This document shows, piece after piece, positions 7,168 to 14,032 of a stretch of DNA of 64,000 nt. Under the pieces are notes generated by a model that was not told where the DNA came from, searched no databases, and saw only the letters and a list, made by a program, of their open reading frames with translations. Each line of letters opens with the position of its first letter. Within the stretch, counting starts at the first letter, position 1. Origin of the DNA: an uncultured virus (IMG/VR IMGVR_UViG_3300027782_000069) (Duplodnaviria; Heunggongvirae; Uroviricota; Caudoviricetes); IMG/VR virus record IMGVR_UViG_3300027782_000069. One strand, 5' to 3'. The position numbers were made by a program, and so were the translations under genes.

Positions 7168-7310
7168 ACTTTCTGACTCCTGATGATCTCCATGCTCTCA
7201 TTGAATTGGTTGAGTCTAACAATCAATACAATGACGATGATGATAAAGAGTTCTGGGATGATGTGCTGATCAGGTTACAACAAACCTATCGGCACTGCCT
7301 GGACGTGTGA
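7164..7310 (+). CDS. 48-aa acidic protein (not in ORF track)
   Basis: GTGA overlap, GGAGG SD; (M)NFLTPDDLHALIELVESNNQYNDDDDKEFWDD... Confidence 0.55.
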   Translation: MNFLTPDDLHALIELVESNNQYNDDDDKEFWDDVLIRLQQTYRHCLDV

Positions 7311-7381
7311 CAGTCACCAAAGTGGCACAAGACCCCTAGACCTGCTCCCTGATCCGTTCTACATTACATTCGTTCCTGAGA
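7306..7381 (+). promoter_or_regulatory. palindrome-type early promoter element (family A)
   Basis: TGTGACA-N10-TGGCACA 7306-7329, 30 nt, TACATT; exact family A 30-mer at 7352. Confidence 0.8.
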
Positions 7382-7390
7382 GACAGACCG

Positions 7391-7570
7391 ATGCAAGTTT
7401 ACGCCGTGATCGCTGGCACATCCTATGAGGGCGAGGACTTCAAGACCCTGCGCCTCTTTGATTGCAAGTCCTCCGCTGTTGCCTACGTTGCCCACCTTGA
7501 GGACCACTTCGATTATGCTGAGATGGAACTCCTCGACGTCTGTATGGACTCTGCCCTGGCAACCGCCTGA
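7391..7570 (+). CDS. 59-aa hypothetical protein (not in ORF track)
   Basis: MQVYAVIAGTSYEGEDFKTLRLFDCKS...; exactly fills the space between two repeat elements. Confidence 0.7.
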   Translation: MQVYAVIAGTSYEGEDFKTLRLFDCKSSAVAYVAHLEDHFDYAEMELLDVCMDSALATA

Positions 7571-7641
7571 GGCACTGGCACACTAAGGGGGCGCAATGCC
7601 CCCTCTGATCCCCTACACTAACCTCAGTTCAATCAACCGCC

Positions 7642-7782
7642 ATGATTCGCTACGAAGTTCGCTATCAGGTGCCCTACAACGCTTGCGAGTGGCGCTCTCA
7701 GTTCTTCCGCACCCTTGCGGAGGCAGAGAGCATGGTCGCCTTCTACCGCTCCTGCGGATCGCCTGCTCACCTGGCACCCTGA
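7642..7782 (+). CDS. 46-aa hypothetical protein (not in ORF track)
   Basis: MIRYEVRYQVPYNACEWRSQFFRTLAEAESMVAFYRSCGSPAHLAP after a family B leader. Confidence 0.7.
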   Translation: MIRYEVRYQVPYNACEWRSQFFRTLAEAESMVAFYRSCGSPAHLAP

Positions 7783-7843
7783 ACCAATGGGAACGGCAGC
7801 GCCCTAAAGACTGCCACCTATCCAAACTATCCAAACCATTCGA

Positions 7844-7942
7844 ATGACCTTTGACCTTGCTGTTGCCCTGCTGAACCGTGCTAGCACTGCTGCCGAACTG
7901 CTGGCGATCCTGGACTCCATTGCTGCTGATCAGGACGCCTGA
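7844..7942 (+). CDS. 32-aa helical peptide (not in ORF track)
   Basis: MTFDLAVALLNRASTAAELLAILDSIAADQDA; stop lies inside the repeat. Confidence 0.55.
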   Translation: MTFDLAVALLNRASTAAELLAILDSIAADQDA

Positions 7943-8012
7943 GGCACTGGCACACTAGGGGGAGGCACGTGCCCCCGACCGACTACACTAACCTCAGTTC
8001 ACAAGACGTCAA

Positions 8013-8252
8013 ATGAAAGTCCAACCCATCGGCAGCAACCAGACCGAAGTCTCTCTGGCGGACGGGACTGAGGTCCTGATCTCCTACCAGACCCCCGTTG
8101 CCGCCCTGGTGCCTGGTAAGGGGTGGATCCGCACCGCGACGAAGTGGAGCGCCACGACAACTAAGCACGTTAATGCCTGGTTGCGGAAGAACTGCGGCGG
8201 CACTGTGACCGAAGTTGATCAATGGGAACTGGATCAATTGATCGCTTTCTAG
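8013..8252 (+). CDS. conserved phage hypothetical protein
   Basis: SYQTPVAA...WSATTTKHVNAWL motif; cassette position. Confidence 0.75.
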   Translation: MKVQPIGSNQTEVSLADGTEVLISYQTPVAALVPGKGWIRTATKWSATTTKHVNAWLRKNCGGTVTEVDQWELDQLIAF

Positions 8253-8335
8253 GACGGTTGAGGGGGTGGCACACCGCCGCCCCCTGATCCCCTCCCCGAC
8301 CGACTACACTAACCTCAGTTCACTCAAACGAACCG

Positions 8336-8527
8336 ATGACCGTTCGCACCCACGTCCTGCCCCTGGACCTCTGCACCGTGACCCTCACTGAGGCACAGTG
8401 GAGCACCATCCGCACCGCTGTCCTCAGCATCGCTTGCGACTGCCGCATCGCTGGCAAGGGCACCGACGCAGACTATTACCTGAAGGCATACAACGACCTG
8501 AAAGCAGCGATGGGGATGGACGCCTGA
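8336..8527 (+). CDS. hypothetical protein
   Basis: fills one cassette; stop lies inside the repeat. Confidence 0.7.
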   Translation: MTVRTHVLPLDLCTVTLTEAQWSTIRTAVLSIACDCRIAGKGTDADYYLKAYNDLKAAMGMDA

Positions 8528-8601
8528 GGCACTGGCACAAGGGGGGCAGGGATGCCCCTCTGACCCTGTAGACTAACCATATCAACCAAAGGAGAGGGAC
8601 C

Positions 8602-8829
8602 ATGAGCAACGGATTCAACGGATGGGCAAACTGGGAGACCTGGAACGTCGCCCTCTGGATTCAAAACGACGAAGGTCTCTATGCTGCTGCCCGCCAGTGC
8701 CAAGGATCCTATGCTGCCCTGCTGGAGATGCTCTGGGAGTGTGGCAGCAAAGAGACCCCTGACGGGTGCCGCTGGAACGACCTTAAGGTTGACGCTGAGG
8801 CGATCTGTGAAATGATGACCGATCTCTGA
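8602..8829 (+). CDS. conserved phage hypothetical protein
   Basis: NGWANWETWNVALWIQNDEGLY motif; AGGAG SD. Confidence 0.75.
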   Translation: MSNGFNGWANWETWNVALWIQNDEGLYAAARQCQGSYAALLEMLWECGSKETPDGCRWNDLKVDAEAICEMMTDL

Positions 8830-8896
8830 ACCGCACACTGGGGGGGCACTGCTCCCCCTTTCTGCGTCTACAATGACCTCAGTTCACACGACCCCG

Positions 8897-9094
8897 ATGC
8901 CTGCCACCGCTACCCTAAACACCTCTGAGGTCCGCCTTGCCCTGGTGGGGTGGAGGACCGAACTGCTGACCCTGGGTTCCCAGTTCCCTGACGTCTTCCC
9001 TGCCCCCACCATCACCGACCGCATCGCTGCCTTGGACGCTGCCCTGCTTGCTATCGACTGCAGCAGCACCGTCACCCTGATGCCAGACGCCTAG
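8897..9094 (+). CDS. hypothetical protein
   Basis: ATG after the variant family B leader; ends PDA-stop like its neighbours. Confidence 0.65.
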   Translation: MPATATLNTSEVRLALVGWRTELLTLGSQFPDVFPAPTITDRIAALDAALLAIDCSSTVTLMPDA

Positions 9095-9167
9095 GTGGCA
9101 CAATGGGGGGCAGAGACCCCCCACTCCATCGACTACACTAACCTCAGTTCACAAGACAAGACACCTC

Positions 9168-9344
9168 ATGACCTTCAACCCCTACGTTGCCACCCTGATT
9201 GAAATGGGATACGACGAACAGGACTGCCGCAACGTTGCCGCTGCTGGTTTGGATGCCACGTATCCCCGAACCATCCATGGGCGGACCTTTCAAACCAAGG
9301 CAGAATATGACGACGCTCTGGCGGAATTCCTGAACGGGATCTGA
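9168..9344 (+). CDS. 58-aa hypothetical protein (not in ORF track)
   Basis: MTFNPYVATLIEMGYDEQDCRNVAAAG... fills one cassette. Confidence 0.7.
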   Translation: MTFNPYVATLIEMGYDEQDCRNVAAAGLDATYPRTIHGRTFQTKAEYDDALAEFLNGI

Positions 9345-9392
9345 GGGGGCCCCCCCGATCTGCTACAATACTCTCAACCGCAACCGACTCCC

Positions 9393-9584
9393 ATGGCACT
9401 GACCGTCTTTGCAATTTTCACCTGCGGCACCGACTATTATGATCGGGAAGAACTGGACTCCCTCTATGCCTCAGAGGAGGACGCAGAGCGCCATGCTGCT
9501 AACCTTCGTCTGATGATCGACGAATATGTGGAGGGGTCCCCCCGCTTCGCTAGCGTTCGGATCAGACCTCAGACCGTTCGCTGA
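9393..9584 (+). CDS. hypothetical protein
   Basis: fills one cassette. Confidence 0.7.
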   Translation: MALTVFAIFTCGTDYYDREELDSLYASEEDAERHAANLRLMIDEYVEGSPRFASVRIRPQTVR

Positions 9585-9619
9585 TCTGCTACAATACTCT
9601 CAACCGACACCCCCCTCCA

Positions 9620-9841
9620 ATGATCGGAATCCCCATCACCACCCACGGCAGCACTGCCATCGACACCCTGACGGTTGACCCCATCACGGGGCGGGTTGCG
9701 GTTCGCTTCCTTTCTCACTGGACCCGCCGCCCTTACATCTTTAAGGTCTCCCGCCGTGCTGCCCTTGCTCTGACCCTCAACACCGACGTCTCCCTAGGGA
9801 AGTGGGTTAACCTTCACTGCCGCCCGAACGCTGCCCGCTGA
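9620..9841 (+). CDS. hypothetical protein (weak KTSC-like pattern)
   Basis: STAI...VRF...YIF.V...SLGKWVN resembles KTSC-type proteins. Confidence 0.6.
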   Translation: MIGIPITTHGSTAIDTLTVDPITGRVAVRFLSHWTRRPYIFKVSRRAALALTLNTDVSLGKWVNLHCRPNAAR

Positions 9842-9879
9842 TCTGCTACAATATCAAAGCAACCGAACCGAACCGAACC

Positions 9880-10032
9880 ATGATCCTGCAGTTCCGCATC
9901 CTCTCCCTCGATTCCAAAGGCACGTGCCGCATTGAGGGTCTCTATGATGACCTCCCTTCTGCCGAACGTTGCCTGCAGGATTTCGTCGCTTGCTTCCCCT
10001 CATGCAAGTTTACGATCGTGCCAAATACCTGA
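9880..10032 (+). CDS. 50-aa hypothetical protein (not in ORF track)
   Basis: MILQFRILSLDSKGTCRIEGLYDDLPSAERC... fills one cassette. Confidence 0.65.
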   Translation: MILQFRILSLDSKGTCRIEGLYDDLPSAERCLQDFVACFPSCKFTIVPNT

Positions 10033-10089
10033 GGGGTCGCCCCCCCCCGACCTGCTGCAATATCAAAGCAACCAACCGAACCGAATCAA

Positions 10090-10278
10090 ATGGCACTCTT
10101 CAACATAGCATCGGACCTCAAGACCCGCCAGACCATATGGGTAGGCACCAACGTAGCAAAGGGTATGGGTCAGGCAAATTCCCATACCAGAAAATGGAAA
10201 GGATGGGATGGTGACGGGTTGCCCGCTGCTGAACTGGCAGATCTGCACACTGACTACCGTGGACCTCAGGATCGGTAG
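10090..10278 (+). CDS. hypothetical protein
   Basis: follows the family C leader. Confidence 0.65.
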   Translation: MALFNIASDLKTRQTIWVGTNVAKGMGQANSHTRKWKGWDGDGLPAAELADLHTDYRGPQDR

Positions 10279-10357
10279 GGGTCAATCCCCCACCTATTCG
10301 TGACCGTTCGTGCGTAACTCTCCCCCCCCTTCGTGGGGGATTGACCCCTACCGATCC
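10269..10357. repeat. perfect 25-bp inverted repeat with a 39-nt loop
   Basis: GGATCGGTAGGGGTCAATCCCCCAC (10269-10293) and its reverse complement (10333-10357). Confidence 0.95.
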
Positions 10358-10390
10358 CTTCGTAACCAACCCACCCCAATCTCCTTCGTT

Positions 10391-10588
10391 ATGAACTCCA
10401 CCCTCACTACCATTGACGGCGTTCAATTCAAGATCACCCGACTGCCTGTTGCTCATGGTCCCTCAGCACTCCGTTGGGCAGATCGGATCAAAGGCGGCAG
10501 CAGCAGGGTCCGCACTCATGGCGGTGCCGCTGGCAGCAGGGGGACCAGCATGAGCACCAGCGCCAGTGCCCTGGGCGACGTGCGCTGA
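10391..10588 (+). CDS. basic Gly/Ser-rich hypothetical protein
   Basis: MNSTLTTIDGVQFKITRLPVA...; last ORF of the GC-rich block. Confidence 0.55.
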   Translation: MNSTLTTIDGVQFKITRLPVAHGPSALRWADRIKGGSSRVRTHGGAAGSRGTSMSTSASALGDVR

Positions 10589-10802
10589 GGCAGTGCCGCC
10601 ATTCGTGTGTTCGTGAGAGGCAGTGCCCCCGCCCTTGGGGGGCGTGGCGGCGGGCGCCGTATTTGAAAACCCAACACTACCCTAACCTACAAAGTGTTAC
10701 CCAAGCGATCATTATATAACACTCAAAAACAAAAAAATCCGCCCATAAAAAAATACGCCCACAACCCACACATATTATAAAAGTTTACATTACTATATAA
10801 AA

Positions 10803-11006
10803 ATGAAAAGGAAAAAAACAATACAGAGAATGAAAAAAAATTCCGAAAATAATATTCAACCTATACAAGTCGATCCGATTAGTGGTGAATATTATCTTGT
10901 GATTCCAGAGTGGATCGCCAATGAATTATCTTGGTATGAGGACACGGGAATTAAGTTTTCCGTTGAATGTGGCGAAGTTATTCTAAGTGAGAATGAAAAT
11001 GACTGA
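10803..11006 (+). CDS. AbrB/MazE/SpoVT-like DNA-binding protein
   Basis: YYLVIPEWIANELSWYEDTGIKFSV...VIL swapped-hairpin pattern; the start may be 10830. Confidence 0.6.
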   Translation: MKRKKTIQRMKKNSENNIQPIQVDPISGEYYLVIPEWIANELSWYEDTGIKFSVECGEVILSENEND

Positions 11007-11196
11007 GAGTAAAATTTATCACATATACGCAAAAGACCGATGCCTATTTCATTCAATCAATGAAGAAGAGTTTGAAGTAACATGGAAGACCATCAGAAAT
11101 ATGGTGGGTTTGATGAAAACTGATTATAATATTGAAGATCTCACTTATGAGGAACTGTCAATTTCAAAAGAAACATCCTTAAATTCTTCCCATTGA
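10999..11196 (+). CDS. conserved cyanophage hypothetical protein
   Basis: YHIYAKDRCLFHSINEEEF; resembles ORF 11999. Confidence 0.65.
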   Translation: MTESKIYHIYAKDRCLFHSINEEEFEVTWKTIRNMVGLMKTDYNIEDLTYEELSISKETSLNSSH

Positions 11197-11221
11197 CAAA
11201 CCATACATAATGATGTATGAT
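11193..11221 (+). promoter_or_regulatory. sigma70-type promoter
   Basis: TTGACA-17 nt-TATGAT. Confidence 0.75.
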
Positions 11222-11243
11222 ACTGATGTAAATTAATCAACTT

Positions 11244-11999
11244 ATGACTAAAGGATTTACTGTAAAAGCAAAAACCCCCGTGGTAGCAAAAGAACCCGAA
11301 TGGGATTATAATCTTGCAAAAGAAATGGTAAAAGGTAAGTCAGTAGTATTCTGCTTACCTGGAAGAGGTGTCTCTTACACTTACTTGAAGAACTTTGTGC
11401 AACTCTGCTTTGATCTAGTTCAGGCAGGAGCAAGTATTCAAATTTCTCAAGATTATTCATCAATGGTAAACTTTGCCCGATGCAAGTGTCTAGGCGCAAA
11501 TGTTCTACGTGGACCTGATCAGATTCCCTGGGATGGAAAACTGAATTATGACTGGCAACTATGGATTGATAGTGACATTGTTTTCAATACTGAAAAGTTT
11601 TGGCAACTTGTCCTAATGGATCAAAATATTGCATCTGGATGGTATTGCACTGAAGATGGTCACACCACTTCTGTTGCCCACTGGATGGAAGAAGATGATT
11701 TCCGCAACAATGGTGGTGTGATGAATCATGAGACAATCGAAAGTATCTCAAAGCGGCGCAAACCTTTCACCGTTGATTATGCTGGATTTGGGTGGTTGCT
11801 CATCAAGCACGGTGTCTTTGAGAACTCCGAAATGAAGTATCCTTGGTTTGCGCCGAAGATGCAAGTTTTCGAATCTGGAGAAGTTCAGGACATGTGTGGA
11901 GAAGACGTTTCTTTCTGTTTGGATGCGAAGGAAGCAGGATTTGAGATTTGGTGTGATCCTCGCATTCGCGTTGGGCACGAAAAAACTCGCGTTATCTGA
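11244..11999 (+). CDS. GT-A fold glycosyltransferase-like protein
   Basis: WIDSDIVF DxD motif, GFGWLLI, GEDVSFC...DPRIRVGHEK. Confidence 0.75.
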   Translation: MTKGFTVKAKTPVVAKEPEWDYNLAKEMVKGKSVVFCLPGRGVSYTYLKNFVQLCFDLVQAGASIQISQDYSSMVNFARCKCLGANVLRGPDQIPWDGKLNYDWQLWIDSDIVFNTEKFWQLVLMDQNIASGWYCTEDGHTTSVAHWMEEDDFRNNGGVMNHETIESISKRRKPFTVDYAGFGWLLIKHGVFENSEMKYPWFAPKMQVFESGEVQDMCGEDVSFCLDAKEAGFEIWCDPRIRVGHEKTRVI

Positions 12000-12160
12000 T
12001 GAGCATCGAAATGTATAACATACTCTGTAATGGACGTAGGATTTACACAAGTCTTACAGAAGAAGAGTATTTCAATACTATGGAGGATCTGGCAGTAGAA
12101 TTCTATCAGACAGGTTCTCCAAATCCTGAAGATCTTACTACTGAAATTATTGAAGAATAA
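11999..12160 (+). CDS. 53-aa hypothetical protein (not in ORF track)
   Basis: TGATG coupling; MSIEMYNILCNGRRIYTSLTEEEYF... Confidence 0.65.
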   Translation: MSIEMYNILCNGRRIYTSLTEEEYFNTMEDLAVEFYQTGSPNPEDLTTEIIEE

Positions 12161-12165
12161 CCATT

Positions 12166-12309
12166 ATGTCAAAGCATTCCTCATCGAATGGTAAAGTTAT
12201 CATTCAGTCAAAGCCCAAAAAGTCTTGTCAAGGCAATGGTTCTAATACCAAATATGCCGCGTCATCCCGTAACTCTGCTCGTAAGAAGTACAGAGGTCAA
12301 GGTAGATAA
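12166..12309 (+). CDS. 47-aa basic protein (not in ORF track)
   Basis: ...PKKSCQGNGSNTKYAASSRNSARKKYRGQGR. Confidence 0.65.
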   Translation: MSKHSSSNGKVIIQSKPKKSCQGNGSNTKYAASSRNSARKKYRGQGR

Positions 12310-12312
12310 TAA

Positions 12313-12912
12313 ATGTATTTGTTAGAGTGTGATGATGAATGGAATCATATACATTCTGAAGATCTCTGGGTATATAATAAATTATTTTTAGGTCGGCGTT
12401 TAGGTTATACTTGTGGTCCTGCAGGAACCACAGTTCCTAAACCCGACTTTTATATTGTGCGTCCATCTTTTAATTTATTTGGAATGAGTCGTTTTGCTCG
12501 TAAAGAATGGATAGAAAAAAGAACCGATAATATGCATCCATCAGAATTTTGGTGTGAAATCTTCGAAGGAGAACATTTAAGTGTTGATTATCACTATCAA
12601 GAACAGGATTTAATTATTTTAGGAACAAAAGATTTGGAAGATCCTATTCATCAATGGAAAAAATGGGAGAAAATAGAAAGAAGAATTGAATTTCCCGAAA
12701 TTTTAAAAAATTTAAACAAAGATTATGAATGGATTAATTGTGAATTTATTGGAGGTCATCTAATTGAAGTCCAATTTCGCAGAAATCCTAACTTTAGATA
12801 TCAAAATACGGTAGCAATACCAGTTTGGGGTGAAAAAATAGATAAAAATTTTGAAGGATACACATTTATTGCGGATTTAAGTTATGAGCGCCAGGGATTT
12901 TGGGTTAAATAA
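12313..12912 (+). CDS. ATP-grasp-like protein
   Basis: YIVRPSFNLFGM, CEIFEGEHLSVD and INCEFIGGHLIEVQFR parallel ATP-grasp motifs. Confidence 0.5.
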   Translation: MYLLECDDEWNHIHSEDLWVYNKLFLGRRLGYTCGPAGTTVPKPDFYIVRPSFNLFGMSRFARKEWIEKRTDNMHPSEFWCEIFEGEHLSVDYHYQEQDLIILGTKDLEDPIHQWKKWEKIERRIEFPEILKNLNKDYEWINCEFIGGHLIEVQFRRNPNFRYQNTVAIPVWGEKIDKNFEGYTFIADLSYERQGFWVK

Positions 12913-12951
12913 ATAGATTTTTTGGTGCAAATTGATTTGAAACGCTTTTCA

Positions 12952-13278
12952 ATGGGTAAGCACCTTTTGTTGGAGGTGTATAACGTCAATTACAATCTAA
13001 TCAATGATGCAATTGCCCTTGAAGAAGTGATGGTTGCTGGAATTCAACGTGCTGGAATGACGATTCTAAACATTTTTCGGCACTGTTTTACACCTCAGGG
13101 ATGTACAATCGTGATTGCGCTTTCAGAAAGTCACGTTTCGTGTCATACTTGGCCAGAAGAAGGATCAATTGCAATCGATGTCTATACTTGTGGTGAAGGA
13201 AATCCAAAATTAATTGCACTAGAGTTGTTAAAATATTTAAATTCTGATGATTATTCAATTCGTGAAATAGATCGTTAA
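12952..13278 (+). CDS. speD: S-adenosylmethionine decarboxylase proenzyme
   Basis: MGKHLLLEVY, LSESHVSCHTWPE (E/SH self-cleavage site), DVYTCG. Confidence 0.92.
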   Translation: MGKHLLLEVYNVNYNLINDAIALEEVMVAGIQRAGMTILNIFRHCFTPQGCTIVIALSESHVSCHTWPEEGSIAIDVYTCGEGNPKLIALELLKYLNSDDYSIREIDR

Positions 13279-13346
13279 ATAGAAACAAGGAGATAGCAAC
13301 CTCCTACCAAAAAAGTTCTGTTTTATTCATTAAAACAGGAGATAAA

Positions 13347-13601
13347 ATGTCCAATTTGCCCGTAGATAGAGATTCAAACTACATGCATGATATGTGGGGA
13401 ACCACAAAACTAGTGACTGATTATGATTGTAAGTGTAAAAAACCAAAAAGAGTGATTCAAGAAATCATGCATGATCTTGCACCAAAGCACGATTTTAAAA
13501 AGCAAATTGAACTGCATGAAAAAATTCGTAATGATGAAGACTATGATGATTGGGAATATGGAACTGAACCAAACTATGGTTCTCCCTGGAGTCAGGTATA
13601 A
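13347..13601 (+). CDS. conserved hypothetical protein
   Basis: AGGAG SD; 84 aa. Confidence 0.7.
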   Translation: MSNLPVDRDSNYMHDMWGTTKLVTDYDCKCKKPKRVIQEIMHDLAPKHDFKKQIELHEKIRNDEDYDDWEYGTEPNYGSPWSQV

Positions 13602-13604
13602 ATA
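13597..13604 (+). promoter_or_regulatory. T4-type late promoter
   Basis: TATAAATA upstream of gp25. Confidence 0.8.
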
Positions 13605-13626
13605 AATCAAAGAATTCTTTCGTTCA

Positions 13627-14028
13627 ATGGCAGTCAAGCGAATATCCAAACCATTTAAGGATATTAGTCTATCTTTTGATCCACATCCTGTGACAAAAGA
13701 TCTGCCTATTTTGACAAATGAGCGTGCAATCATCAGATCCGTTAGAAATCTGGTTGAAACCATTCCCACTGAAAGGTTTTTCAACTCTCTTCTGGGATCT
13801 GATGTTCGCAGAAGCTTATTTAATTTTGTTGATTATGGAACTGCATCAATTGTTGAAAATCAGATTAAAACAACAGTTAATAACTTCGAACCTAGAGTTA
13901 ATAATTTGATTGTTGAGGCGATTCCTCGTCCCGACGACAACAGTTTTGAAGTTACAGTTATATTTGATATTATTGGTCAAGAGTTTCCAACACAACAATT
14001 TACATTTTTACTAGAGGCAACAAGATAA
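13627..14028 (+). CDS. gp25: baseplate wedge subunit gp25
   Basis: SVRNLVET.PTERFFNSLLGS...FEPRV. Confidence 0.9.
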   Translation: MAVKRISKPFKDISLSFDPHPVTKDLPILTNERAIIRSVRNLVETIPTERFFNSLLGSDVRRSLFNFVDYGTASIVENQIKTTVNNFEPRVNNLIVEAIPRPDDNSFEVTVIFDIIGQEFPTQQFTFLLEATR

Positions 14029-14032
14029 TAAA

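Larger units (their letters stand above)
7565..9151 (+). repeat. family B intergenic elements: TGGCACA, GC hairpin, CTACACTAACCTCAGTTCA
   Basis: exact 19-mer at 7613, 7983, 8304, 9133; variants near 8569 and at 8868; GCCTGAGGCACTGGCACA at 7565, 7937, 8522. Confidence 0.9.
9357..10073 (+). repeat. family C intergenic elements GATCTGCTACAATA (extended -10)
   Basis: 24-mer GATCTGCTACAATACTCTCAACCG at 9357 and 9583; related copies at 9840 and 10049 share ATATCAAAGCAACC. Confidence 0.9.

Noticed and set aside
4064..9102. Sigma54 promoters (TGGCAC) or NtcA/CRP sites
   Set aside because: No TTGC at the -12 position and cyanobacteria lack sigma54. The arm sequence and spacing do not fit GTA-N8-TAC or TGTGA-N6-TCACA.
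7565..10073. True integron with attC sites
   Set aside because: No tyrosine recombinase in the window and no RYYYAAC/GTTRRRY ends. The elements look like promoters.
7596..10214. Track ORFs 7596-7847 and 9969-10214
   Set aside because: They cross the repeat elements. Shorter ORFs in other frames start right after each leader and fill the cassettes exactly.
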